Position numbers and translations under genes: made by a program. DNA of 64,000 nt from Narcine bancroftii (Eukaryota), in the NCBI RefSeq assembly GCF_036971445.1, contig NC_091469.1, positions 327,422,001 through 327,486,000 of the forward strand, read 5' to 3'. Shown piece after piece: positions 50,171-62,600 of the stretch. Each line of letters starts with the position of its first letter. The first letter of the stretch is position 1. The notes beneath the pieces are model-generated. The model was not told the origin of the DNA. It saw only the letters and a list, made by a program, of their open reading frames with translations, and did no database searches.

Positions 50171-50903
50171 GCCATCACTGCACCTTTGGTAGTGCCACTA
50201 TTTGTTCTCAAATTCGCCATGAGGGCTCAATTATCAGAAAAGGTTGGAGAGGTACATGAATGGGAGGGCTATGGAATGGGTGCAAGTCAAAGGGACGAAG
50301 CTGAATAAGTTCAGCACAGACAAGAAGGGCTGGAGGTCCTGTTTTCTCTGCTATAAAGTTCTATGATTCTACTGATTTATCAATTGTTATGAAATTAAAT
50401 ATAATATTAATAGACAAAACTCAGAACATGTAACAATCCCAACATATTAATCTCATTATTTCAAAGCTAGTTTCTGAAACATCTCTAAAATGTTCTGCCC
50501 TTTGTGATTATGTTCAAATGTAACTTAACCATCAGACTGATGAGCCACATGATCTTAATCTTGTTCAATCTTTCCAACCGGTAACAAAGGGGTGTCTGAG
50601 AAAAATAATTGACGGATAATGAATTAACAGGGTTCTAACTGTTAAATAAGAATCATTGTAATTGGGATCAAGTAACCTATTTGTTAAAATTTCTTCAAAC
50701 AGGAGCTCATGTGTTATAACATTGGGTAAGGGGGGTGGTTCTAAAGAAGGCTGGGAATTGAGCAACTGCTAAAACCACCATTTTAAAACAATACATTTAG
50801 CTGACATTTAAAATATAGTACAATTGAAGCAGATGATGAAAAGAAGTTATTTACAAAAATTAGTAAAGTATGTAAGATACAAAATTATATAAAAAGTGCT
50901 TAC

Positions 50904-50969
50904 CTCTCTATTATGCCATCTAAGCCACAGGTCTGGTTGACTTATTGAAATCACTGAGGGTTCTGCCAT
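50904..50969 (-). CDS. Candidate ATG-initiated exon MAEPSVISISQPDLWLRWHNRE (unverified)
   Basis: ATGG start, donor GAG|gtaagc in phase 0, possible upstream acceptor ttatttag at ~51104, unique context. Confidence 0.2.
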
Positions 50970-51899
50970 TGGACTCTATGTTCTGGTTCCAACACAAGCC
51001 CTATTAACTAAAGTTTCCAAATGGAACTTTACAGCTCCAGCCCCTCAGCCTGGGAGATTCACTCTTGAGCTTTTATTTCAAGAAATGTTAGAACCCGTAA
51101 CACCTAAATAATCCTGGCAGCATACATGAGTGCACTGGTGTGACAGTTGATGTCCATCATGCATAGGATGTTTATTACAGTGGTCAATGATGAAGCGAGT
51201 GCAGGATTCACATGGCTGCCTTCAGACCATCTCTGGTGCTTGGCTATAGGATAAGCAGACACATGACTGTAGTGGCTCTCTGAGGTACGTGGGTGTGGGA
51301 GCTGATTCTCACACCTTCCAGTGGTCGAGGTGGGGTTCTCAGGCCAAGAAATAGCATCAGGATGTATTCTTTCCAGGTCATCCAAGAAATATAGTTTAGT
51401 ACTTTCAGGAAAAGAAATTGTTCACCCTTCTGGTTCTTGTTTCTTGTGGTGAATGATTGCTCAAGTCAGACATACATTGCAGTGCTTTGAGGATTGTGGA
51501 TACAGAAAGATAATTTAAGTTTCAGTGCAATTAATGCAAAAAATGTGTTCATTTGGGGGATCACGCTAAGGGTCTTGCTGCAAGCTTACAGTGGCATGAC
51601 ACCAATCAAGGAGCTGATTTATCTCCCTCCTGTATGCTTCCTCAATACTGTTTCTGATTCTGCTGCCAACTGTGGGGTCATCATCAAATTTGTAGAGAGC
51701 ATTGGAATTGTGCCTGGTGACACAGTCATGGGTGTATAGTAGACCAGTGGGCTAAGCATGCATCCTTGAGGTGAGCCTATATTGATCGTCAATGAGGACG
51801 AGATGTTATTTCCAATTCAGAGTGACAGTGGTCTTCCGATGAGGAAGTCAAGGATCCAGTTACAGACAGGCTGCAGAGGCCCAGAGTTTGGAGCTTCTT

Positions 51900-54365
51900 T
51901 TTTTAAATATTTTATTTTTCATTTTCCATCAATAACATCAGAGTGTTAAAGAATATATCAGTATCTCCCAGCAATCTACATACATGTGGTGTTTCTCTCC
52001 CTTCCATTCCCACTCCCCCCCCCAAAAAAAACAAAGACAGAGAAAGCAAAAAAGGGAGGAAAAAGAAAGATAGAAGCTGGATGTGGTGTCGGACCTTCCA
52101 GTAAGTGTCCATAGGGGCCGTGGAGCCACCCCCTCTTATAATTTATTTCATTAATCTGTCTATTGGTAGATCTCTGTCCTCTTATCAGGGTGTGGTTACT
52201 GCTGTGCTCCCGTGTACGTCAGATATGTCAAATATGCCATATTTTAACAAAGGAGTGTCGGTTTCTAAGATTATACGTGATGTTTTTCCATGGGAATACA
52301 GCTATGCATCTCGGTAATCCACTTACTGATAAGAGGGGGGTCAGATTTCCAGGTCATCACTATGCATTTTTTTTGTTATGGACAAAGCAATAAATAAGAA
52401 TTGAATTTGGAACGTGGTTAATTTCTAGCTTATGTCCATAAAGTTCCCCAGAAGATACAATGTTGGGTCCGGTGGGAAGGTTACCTTCATTCTTCTGGTT
52501 AGTATGTCGACCAAATCCTGGCAAAATGGAGCTATCTTTGCATAGGGCCAGGTTGCATGAATGAATGTTCCCTGCTCCTCTCCACACCTGAAGCATGTCT
52601 CCGGCACCTCTGGTTTTGTCTTGTGAATCTTTTGCAGTGTGAAGTAGAACTGGTGCAGGAAGTTGTATTGAACTAGTCTGTATCTAAAATTAATAACTTG
52701 GCACACTGCCTCTACACCAATCCAACCAACATATCTCTTCATTTGTGATGCCCAGGTCTGACTCCCATATCTCTTGATCTGTGCAGCCCCAGCTTGGGGC
52801 TTTCACCTTGGAGAACTGAGTACATTTTTGATATAAATTTCCGAGTCGAAGAAACCCATCAACATCTCTAGGTGTAGGCGGGGTCATTGTAGGCCCCCAC
52901 CTATCCCTTAGAAATGACCTTAACTAGAGGAAATGATGACAGGTCCCATAAGACAAACATATTTACCCTTTAGCTCCTCAAAGGACATAAGCTGTCTCCC
53001 CTTGTAGCAGTGCTCTATATGTCAGATCCCCTGACGACGCCAAATCTCCAGGATTTTATTGCCCATGTTCATGGGCACCAATTCATTATGAGTCAGTGGC
53101 ATCTTTGGTGATATTTCCACTTACACTCCAATACATTCATTGATCTCATGCTAGATTTTAAATCAGATCTTTCAGTATGGGGTTATCCTTTTTTTCCCCT
53201 ATTAATTTGGCATCCTATTTGCATATAAAATCCTTCACCGTCCTCTCCCCCATTGCATGCAATCCCATTTACACCCAATCCCATTTACATCCCTCAACGA
53301 AGGATGCAACGAATCTTGACTAAGCTGCTAGTAATATTTCTTGAAATCAGGCAACCTTAGACCCTCCCAAGCTGTGTCCAATGTCAATTTTATTTCAAGG
53401 CTATTTCCCATTCCAGATGAATTTCCTTATGCTATCATTCAGTGCCTTAAAAAAAGACTGTAGCAATAGAATTGGCAAAGACTGGAAGAGGTATTGGGAG
53501 TCCTGGCATCACCTTCATCTTTATGCAGTTGGCCCTTCCCATTAAGGTGATGGGCAGATCCATCCATCTAATTAAGTCACCTTCAATCTTCTCCAGCATA
53601 GTAACCTGGAAAATTTATATAAACTATCAATCTTGATTCCTAGGTATTTCACAGCTCTTGCCTGCCAACTGAAATTGCTGTTTCTTTGATATTTGTGGTG
53701 GTGAAATTTATTCAGTGGCATCACCTTGCTTTTTTCTATGTTGGCTTTATTGCCTGATATTGTAACATAGTCTTCCAGTATGGTGAGCAACTTTGGCAAA
53801 GACCCGGCCAGGTTCGTCAGGTACAATAACATGTCATCTGCCATTAGATTTACCTTGTGCTCACGCTGACCCATTTTGAATCCCTTTATCACTGGAGTTT
53901 TCCTGATGGCCTCTGTCAATAGTTCAAATGCTAAGACGAACAGCCCTGGATACAGAGGGCAGCCCTGGATACAGAGGGCAGCCCTGCTTTCTGGACCTAC
54001 AAAGGGGGAATGTTGGTGATATTTGACCATTCGTACCAACTTTGCCCGTGGTTTGTCATATGGTGTTTTTATCCAATTGACAAATATTTTTCCCATTCCA
54101 AATTTTTCCAAAACTGAACAAAAAAGGCCATTCTATCCGATCAAGGCCTTTTCTGTATCTAGCAATACTAATATACTTGGATCATGTTTTGCCTGTGCAA
54201 AATGGATAATGTAAAATAGTCTGCTCAAGTTGTGAGTAGAGTGTCTCTTCTTGACGAAGCCCACTTGATCCGGATCTATCAACTTGGGAAGGTATTGACC
54301 AAGCCTATTGGCCAGTGCTTTGGCTATTATTTTGTAATTTGTATTTAATAGTGAAATAGGTCGAA
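51900..54365 (-). mobile_element. L1-clade LINE 3' half with 13-bp TSD
   Basis: RPISLLNTNYKIIAKALANRL, QGCPL, LMADDMLLYL and CFRCGEEQGTFIHATW. TSD tttggagcttctt at 51887-51899 and 54366-54378. Confidence 0.92.
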
Positions 54366-54720
54366 TTTGGAGCTTCTTGACCAGCACTTAGGGAATAAAG
54401 GTGTAGAAGGCAGAGCTGTAGTCTATGAAGGGCAGCCATATGTACGGTTTACTGTTCTCTAGGTGATCCAGAGCTGAGTGGAAAGCCAATGATATTATGT
54501 CTGCTGTGGAATAATTGAGATGATAGGCTAATTGCAATGAGTCCAGATCTTTACCTAGGTACGTGTTAATTTTGGCCGTGACCAACCTCTCCAAGCATTT
54601 CATCAGAGTAGATGTTAGTGCTACTGGGCGGTCGTCATTGAGGCAGCTCACACTACTCTTATGTAGCAGGATGATTGATGCCCTTTTGAATCAGATGGGA
54701 AACCTCTGACTGCTGCAATA

Positions 54721-55356
54721 GCCGCTTTCAGGTGCATTCTCTACTGAGAATGCGCCTGCAGAAGTGGATGTAGACCTGTGGAATGGTCATTCAGGTGGCA
54801 GCCTTGAAAGTGCAGTGCTGTCCACCTAAAAGGGACAGCTGCAGGAGAGGCACCACGGAGCGCACTCCAGCTCCTGTCCCTCCGGGACATTGGGGCAGGG
54901 GCAACCGTTGCAGGACGTCAGGGCATGGGCGGCCAGCGGTGGACATTGGGGCAAGGGCGGCCAGCGGGGGACGCCGGGGCAGGGGTGGCTGGCGGGAGAT
55001 GCCAGGGCAGGGTCTGCCAGCGCGAGACGTCGAGGCAGGAGCAGCCCTGATATTCCGTGCCAGCAGCTCCTGCCCTGTAGTCCAGCGCCAGCTCCCCCTG
55101 TCCTGATGTCCTACGCTGGGAAGCAGGGGCACCGTGGAGGGGGGGCTGTCAAGCAGTGGGAAACTGGACCAGCTTTCAGGTGGCTGCATTCAGGTGCTTC
55201 AAGGGACTTCAGTGCTCCGGCGATTATCCCTCTCGGAGGAGGGTTGGAAAGTGCGCCTCGGAGGCACCTCCTGCTCTTTCAGATGGCCTCCTGCCAGCCG
55301 CATAGGGGTAGAATATGCAGCTTTACATCGGGGTATTCTGGCCACCTGAAAGAGCC
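54721..55356. mobile_element. GC-rich MITE, PIF/Harbinger-like
   Basis: Termini gccgctttcaggtg ... cacctgaaagagcc followed by TAA. Internal repeats of ttcaggtgg/ccacct and a G-rich core. Confidence 0.6.
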
Positions 55357-55599
55357 TAATGTCCATGAACACACCGGCTAGTTGTTTGGTGTACCCTGCC
55401 ATCAGGGCCTGATATCTTGCAAGGGTTCACCTTCTAGAATAATGTTCTGACGTCAGCCTCAGAGACAGATATCACAGGGTCCTCAGCCTTTGCAGGGATT
55501 TTAGTAGGCACTGTTGGGTTCTTCTTCCCAAAGCAGGCATTGAAGATGTTCAGCTCATTGGGTAATAAAGCATCATAGCCATCTATGGTGTTCACCCTC

Positions 55600-56389
55600 G
55601 CTTTGTGGCTTGGCTTGGCTTCACGGACGAAGATTTATGGAGGGGGTAAGTGTCCACGTCAGCTGCAGGCTCGTTTGTGGCTGACAAGTCCAATGCGGGA
55701 CAGGCAGACACGGTTGCAGCGGTTGCAGGGGAAAATTGGTTGGTTGGGGTTGGGTGTTGGGTTTTTCCTCCTTTGCCTTTTGTCAGTGAGGTGGGCTCTG
55801 CGGTCTTCTTCAAAGGAGGTTGCTGCCCGCCGAACTGTGAGGCGCCAAGATGCACGGTTTGAGGCGATATCAGCCCACTGGCAGTGGTCAATGTGGCAGG
55901 CACCAAGACATTTCTTTAGGCAGTCCTTGTACCTTTTCTTTGGTGCACCTCTGTCACAGTGGCCAGTGGAGAGCTCGCCATATAACACGATCTTGGGAAG
56001 GCGATGGTCCTCCATTCTGGAGACTTGACCCACCCAGCGCAGCTGGATCTTCAGCAGCGTGGACTCGATGCTGTCAACCTCTGCCATCTCGAGTACTTCG
56101 ACGTTAGGGATGAAAGCGCTCCAATGAATGTTGAGGATGGAGCAGAGACAACGCTGGTGGAAGCGTTCTAGGAGCCGTAGGTGATGCCGGTAGAGGACCC
56201 ATGATTCGGAGCTGAACAGGAGTGTGGGTATGACAACGGCTCTGTATACGCTTATCTTTGTGAGGTTTTTCAGTTGGTTGTTTTTCCAGACTCTTTTGTG
56301 TAGTCTTCCAAAGGCGCTATTTGCCTTGGCGAGTCTGTTGTCTATCTCGTTGTCGATCCTTGCATCTGATGAAATGGTGCAGCCGAGAT
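55600..56389 (-). mobile_element. RTE LINE 3' fragment (same young family), open frame
   Basis: 257-aa ORF nearly identical to the C-terminus of the 24002-25490 protein. Confidence 0.95.
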
Positions 56390-56619
56390 GACATAGATGC
56401 CGTGTATCTGTCCCTGTCTTTAGAATTACCACTTTGCTTCAGAAAGCCTTCCACAGGTCTTATCAGGACTTCTTGTAGAGATCTGGATCCATGGCCTTGA
56501 TCTCTCCCTCAGCAGGTTGCAAATCCACTTATTCAGCCAAGGCTTCTGGTTGGAGAACACTCAGTATGTGCACATGAGCACACACTTGTCCACACAGATT
56601 CTGATGAAGTTACACATTC

Positions 56620-56880
56620 AAGTTTAAGGATAAGTACAGACCCTTCATCCTCGATGTCGTGCCGCCCTACATATTCCTACCAAAAAAAAGCTAACCCCTG
56701 CCTACCTTGTAACCCTCTATATTTCTTTCATCTATGTGCCCGTCTAATTCTATTTAACGGTCCATGTGTTTCAGCCTCCACCACCACCCCGTCAAGGGAT
56801 TCCAGGCACCCACATCTCTCTGTAAAAAAAGATTACCCCTGATGTCTCTCCTAAACTTTCCTCCCTTCACTTTGTACAGA
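56620..56880 (-). mobile_element. CR1-like 3' fragment
   Basis: Reverse complement of gtgaagggaggaaagtttaggagagacatcaggggtaa..ttttacagagag..gtgcctggaa. Confidence 0.65.
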
Positions 56881-56978
56881 TGAAGAAGGGCTCAGGCCCG
56901 AAACGTCAGGAATATATCTTGACCTCCCATGGACGCTGCGAGGCCTGCTGAGTTCCCCCAGCACTTCTGTGTGTTTTT
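56881..56978 (+). mobile_element. Penelope pLTR fragment beginning inside a hammerhead-like core
   Basis: TGAAGA-A-GGGC-TCAG-GCCC-GAAA-CG-TC with a perfect helix II and a GUC triplet. The 5' strand of helix I is missing. Confidence 0.65.
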
Positions 56979-57780
56979 AGAATACATGTTGTACCCTTAT
57001 TACTTTCAATGCTGCTTCTAAATGTTCAATTAAAGTGTACCAACTCATCTGCTGAAGGTGAATAATTTAGAAGAGGTACTCGATCTGAGTAATGAACTTT
57101 AATGGGTTCAAGTCAATATTAAGGTCTCCCAGGACTACAACCACCAGACTTTATCTGTCTTTGATGCCACCTCTAATGGATTCATCCTGTTGGTGGATCA
57201 GGACATACCCAGTAATTATGAAAGAATCAGGCAGGTAAGAAATAATTCTGAGTGTATGATTGCATCAAACTGATACCAGACTAGTCTGTAGTCTAGCTTT
57301 CCTAATTTGGATGCCAATATCTAATGTTTGTAATGTTTGTGCAAATTTTACCAAACTATGAATGAACTTGCCATGTCTGAGTTGATGTCAGGTAGTCCAT
57401 ATAGTTTAATTATTTTTCCGCTTCACAAAACAGATTTGATAGACTGACTGGCTTGCTAGGCCATTTCAGAAGATACATGAGCAATGTCAAATTCAACCAA
57501 ATGAGGTCAGGGCAGCAGATTTCTTCCTTTGAAGGACATCAGACTATGGTTAGAAGTGAACTGTTTTTTTTCTCCCCCCCCCAAAAGCTGGTATGACACT
57601 ATGAGCCAAATGGATTTTTATAGCTAAAAAACAAAATGTTGTGCAAGGAAATGAACTTTCAACAGTTGATATTTTTGTTGCCTTTTTTCATCTATATACA
57701 GCTCTCTTTCACTCTTATTAGTGGGTAGTTACATGTTGAGCCTCCGCCTCAAGGCTGGCTAAATTCGTGGAAAAAATTCG

Positions 57781-58242
57781 AACTTACCCTTTCATGGAGC
57801 AGCCCTAAAAGGCTGCTCTTACGCCACTTTCATGAAGAGTAGCGCCTTGTAGTGTCCTCCGGAACCGATGGGGGTGGTGTGACTGGTGCTGTAGTGCTGC
57901 CCTCCGAGTCGACATCATTCACATCCATCGAGCATGGAAAGAGCCCTATGGTGGAGAATGACGACCCCACAGAAGGTAGAAAAGTTGAATGGGACGTTTG
58001 CAGCCAGTCTTAGTGCCCAGGCAGAAATGCTTCCCTGCCGTGCAGGTTGTCGGTGTTTTAAAAATCCCGCTCCTGCGTCTCAGGCTAAAGATGTCATCAG
58101 CCCACCCCCTAGCCAGCCAATTGCAGTGGCCGTACATTCACGGTGCATGGCAGAGCGCTGCGCTCTGCCGCTGACAAAACCTTGGGGAGGGATTGGAGTC
58201 AGCGCCTTGGAGCCAGTCAGGGACCATTCATGAAGGTAAGTT
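57781..58242. mobile_element. CpG-rich MITE-like element, superfamily unresolved
   Basis: Imperfect terminal inverted repeat aacttaccctttcatg / catgaaggtaagtt bounds a GC-rich block in AT-rich flanks. Confidence 0.5.
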
Positions 58243-59309
58243 TTCTGATGGGAAGGCAGAGAATCTCCATCTTTATGTTCAGATTGTTTTACTTTATGAA
58301 AGGGCCTATTGTTTCCATCTCTTCATTCTCTCCAAGTCACTTTTTATGATAGTCATACAGATATCATATGCATGTAAGCATGTAATCAATGACCTCTTCT
58401 CTATGAAACCCCAGTTTATATAGGAACCTCATCATCATGTATGCTGCGTCTGAGGTGAAATGTGATTGGGCATGATTTCCAAGAGACAGCACCACACTCA
58501 AGAAGGAGAAACTTTATGCACTCACAGGAGAGGAAGTGGGAGAAATGGTGGTGACACAAAGTGGGTGGCTTAAGTCTGGGTTTAAGTCCAAGAATGCTCA
58601 AGCAGTGGAGGATTGCAAAACCTCAGCAGAGAGCTAAGATTCTGTGTCTCTGGTGAGAATTCTGCATCAAATCAAATTGGAATTTTGATCTTCTGATGTG
58701 GAATATTTTTGATTTGAATATAATGGAGATGAGGAGAGGATTTTATATATATGAAAATGTATATAAAAATAACATGTGGCTGAAAGTGTAGTTTGGGCTT
58801 ATATCCCAGCAGCAGAGAAGCTCAGTAAAGGAACTAAATAATATTCTGCACAAATTAGTCTCAACGTCCTGCCAGGACTGCTCCAAAACTGGTGGTGTGA
58901 GTCAACAGAGTCCACAGCACACATGAACAAAGGGTTCCTTTCAAACACATTGGCTTATCTGTTAAAGTGTCAAATGAAAATATTTATAAGCAATATGGTG
59001 GGTGAAAACAGAATAATTCCATTTTCACAGGTGAACCTAAAAAAAAAGAAATAAAAGCATGTCCTGAAACTTATAAATTATTTTAGTTTTAAATTGTGGA
59101 ATTTGTCAAAATAAGAACAAGGAAACCTACATTTTTATTAGTGATTTCAGGATATCCTATACTTTTCAGCCAATGAAGTACTTATAAAATCCAGTCATAA
59201 TTGTAACTTTTATGAGACAATTTTGTGCAGGGGGCAATTCTGAAACAGAAATGAGTTAGGATGCAGACTGGGAGATCTTTTAGTTGAACAGCATTGCTCT
59301 GTCTGCTGC

Positions 59310-60220
59310 AATGGCCAGGACCACACTGACGTGTCTGCTCATGACCTCATAAACTGCCAAACCGAGGCCACCCACAAATTGGAGGAACACCTTATATTCT
59401 GCCTCAGTTGTCTCCAATGTCAACTTCTCCAGTTTCCATTAACCCTCCCCTCTCTCTTTTCCTCATTCTGTCTTCCTCCAGCTCTCCACTCCTTCCCAGA
59501 TATCTTTCTTCACCCTCTGTGCTCTCCCCTCATCACTTCTCAGCTTCTACATAACACCATAAGATATAGAAACAGGCCATTCAGCCCATTGAGTCACTGT
59601 GCCATTTCATCATCCCTGCCTTCTCCCCATAACCTTTAAAATTGACTGTTCAGATACCTATCAATCTATACCCAACGATCTGACCTCCACAGCTACCCAT
59701 GACATCAAATTCCTCTGGCTAAAGCAATTCCTCCACATCTGTTTAAATAGGATCCATTCAATCATAAACATGTGGCCTCTTGTCCTAGACTCTCCTAACA
59801 GGATTTTTTTTTTGCCACATCTACTCTGTCATAGCCTTCGAACATTTAAAATGCTAGCATGGGGTCCTCCTCATTCTTCTGAACTCCTAGGAGTATAGTC
59901 CAAGAGCCGTCAAATGTTCCTCATATGCTAATCCCTTCATTCCAGGAATCATTCTTGTAAATCTTCTCTGAACCCTCTCCAATAGCAACACATCCTTCCT
60001 CCCACCTGTATCCACCTGTTATCCTATACTCCTCCCCCTTTCCCTGACCTCTCACCTTTTTATTGTTGATCTGCCTGATTTTAAGTAATCCTGAGAAGGG
60101 ATCAGGCCCAAAACATCAACTGCCTTTTACTTTCTATGGATGCTTCATGACCTGCTAAGTTTCTCCAGTACTTTAGTAAACTGCACTAGACCCCAGCATG
60201 GTGGATTTTCTTGTTTACCT
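59310..60220 (+). mobile_element. Penelope 3' end/pLTR remnant interrupted by a minus-strand CR1 3' end (~59550-60000)
   Basis: CQTEATHKLEEHLIFCL matches the end of the 3830-6935 element. Degenerate gagaagggatcaggcccaaaac at ~60092. Confidence 0.7.
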
Positions 60221-60389
60221 AAGTAGCAGATCATATTTTTTTAAATTTAGATTAGTTAAAGTGCAGAAATTGTCATGGTATCACAGCAGTTCCTGTTCTA
60301 TGAAAAGTACAATCACAATGTTAAAGAAACTCATCAGGTCAAAAGTGTACTTTATATAGCGAAGAAAAAGAAGGTACAAGATAAATACA

Positions 60390-61520
60390 TACCAAAAAAA
60401 GGAAATATTTGGGGATAAATGTCACAACTGTGGCTGACAAGGGAAGTCAAAGCCAATGTAAAAGCGAAAGAGAGGAAGCAAAATTTAGTGGGAAGATAGA
60501 GGATTGGGAAGTTTTTAAAAGTTGCAGAAGGTAAATAAAAGGCTCATAAGAAGGGAAAAGATGAAGGATGAAAGTAGGCGAGCAAATAATATCAAGCAAA
60601 GTGGAAAAAATGTGTTGGAGTGTCACTTTTTATGTTTTATATTAATGATTTAGGTTATAGATTGAATGGCTTTGTGACCAAGTTTACAGATGATATGAAG
60701 GTTGGGGGAGGAGCAGGTTAGGTTCAGTAAACAGGGAGGCTGCGAAAGGAGATGTGGCAAATGAAATACCAATGTCGGAAAGTGTACGGTCACATTTTTT
60801 TAATAGGGAGAAAATTGAAAATACCCAGATGCAAAGTGACCTGGGAGTCCTTGTGCAGGATAGCCTAAAAATAAACTTGCAGATTGAGTTGGTGGTGAAG
60901 AAGGCAAATGCAATGCTATCATTCATTTCAAGAGGAATAGAATATAAGAGCAGGAATATGATGTAGACGCTTTATAAGACACTGGTGAGACCTCACACGG
61001 AATATTGTGAACAGTTTTGGACTCCTCATTTAAGAATGGATCTGCTGATGTTGGAAAGGATTCAGAGGAGATTCACAAAGATTAATCCAGGAATGAAAGG
61101 GTTCTCATATGAGGAACATTTAACAGCTCTTGGCCTATTCTCGTTGGAATTTTAGAGAATGAGGAGGAATCTCATTGAAACATTTTGAATGTTGAAAGTA
61201 GTAGAAAAGCTATGGTGGGAGAGTCCAGGAGAAGAGGACACAACTTCAGAATTGAAGGGCACATGCTTAGAATAGAGATGAGGAGGAATTTATTTAGCAA
61301 GAGGGTGGTAAGTCTGTAAAATTTGTCACCACAGGCAGTTGTAGACATCACATCATTTGGTGAAGTTAAAGCAGATATTGATGGGTTCTTGACTAGCCAG
61401 AGCATCAACGGTTATGGAGAGGTTGGGCCATGGAACTGAGTGGGAAAATGAATCAGTTCATGATAGAAATGAATCAGACTCGATGAGCTGAATAACCTAT
61501 TTCTGCTCCTATGTCTTATG
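60390..61520 (+). mobile_element. CR1-clade LINE fragment
   Basis: QSDLGVLVQDSLK..QIELVVKKANAML.FI.RGIEYKS and LVRPH.EYC.QFW.PH. Ends ctgctcctatgtcttatgg. Confidence 0.85.
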
Positions 61521-61584
61521 GTATTAAAAGCAAGTAAAATTTGAGAAATGTACAGCAGGTTGCTCTCGTGGAAAAAGTAAAACT

Positions 61585-61805
61585 GCATGGTTAGCTTAGC
61601 AGTTAGTGCAAAGCTGTTACAGCGCCAGTGATCGGGACTGGGGCTCAAATTCCGCACTGCCTGTAAAGAGTTTGTACATTATCCCAGTGTCTGTGGGTTT
61701 TCCCTGGGGTTCTGGTTTCCTCCCACCCTTCAAAACATACCGGGGGTTTTAGGTTAATTGGGCTCGTGCGTCAAAAGGGCCTATTTCTGTGCTGTATGTC
61801 TAAAG
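61585..61805 (+). mobile_element. V-SINE/HE1-like SINE
   Basis: tRNA-like head plus ctggtttcctcccac core and tail. Confidence 0.8.
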
Positions 61806-61809
61806 TATC

Positions 61810-62600
61810 ACAGATGATTGACTTGCCCATGACACAGACAGAAGGCAAAATATTTTAAGTTGTGAAACTCAATATCAAGACTGAAAGACTGCAATTTGTC
61901 CAGAGTGACAATGAGTTATTGTTCCTCACACTTAAGAAGGGTCTCATTGAACAAGAGTTGGAGGCAGTTGAGACAAGTCAGAGTGAGAATAGAGAAGTGG
62001 CATTAACAGAAACTGGACACTGAATGCCAATGCAATAAGCAGCATCAATTCAGTGGTCAACATATAGGGAAAAAGATGAGCAGGTAAACTCTAGTCAGAC
62101 TGAAACAAGAACTTTACGGCATTTCCCACAAAAAGATAGGTGAAGCTTCAGTGCAAACTAGTTCCCATAGCTACACCTTTGATCTGCAGAGTTTCTGGGG
62201 AAGTTGTTCAATGTAAGAACAAGTTCAGCTAGGTGAATGAGTGTGTTTGTGGAGGAAATTTGGTACGGCCTCTGATCAAGGAAGAAGCAGAGACCTTCAA
62301 ACCTCCTGATCTGGAAATGAGATATAGGAGTACATCCATGGTGAAAAATAAGAGCCGGTTGAGACAAGGGAATTGGAGGACCAGTTTCATGAATGTAAGT
62401 GGCAGAGACTGGGGCAGGGAAGAAAAAAATGGCATCAATAGAACAAGACTGGGCCTTCCTATATTCATGCTAGGTGGATGATAGAGGTGAGCTGCAAGAC
62501 CCAAGAGGGAAAGAATCCTGAGGAATTGAGGTCTGTTACTGGCTTGCAGACAATTAGCTGAAGTTCAGTGGTGGGGTCTTGGTCCACATGGAAATATGAG
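61810..62600 (-). mobile_element. Old Penelope RT fragments
   Basis: LIHLAELVLTLNNF and LLFFTMDVLLY peptides are homologous to 5300-5460. Confidence 0.65.

Larger units (their letters stand above)
51585..56600 (-). mobile_element. Rex1/Babar-like LINE host split by L1, MITE and RTE insertions
   Basis: SCLNDDRPVALTSTLMKCLERLV, FIDYSSAF and YKFDDD pieces at 51585-51899, 54366-54720, 55357-55600 and 56390-56600. Confidence 0.8.

Noticed and set aside
50904-50969. Loose resemblance to a STARD13 isoform N-terminus
   Set aside because: The similarity is weak and recalled from memory, and the phase-0 donor does not appear to fit the phase I would expect for that junction.
53941-53986. 19-bp tandem duplication cagccctggatacagaggg
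   Set aside because: It is a local post-insertion duplication that disrupts the L1 QGCPL motif, with no sign of function.
54783-55402. Cluster of overlapping Gly/Arg/Pro-rich ORFs or a CpG-island promoter
   Set aside because: It lies between MITE-like termini inside a Rex1 copy, and high GC explains the lack of stops.
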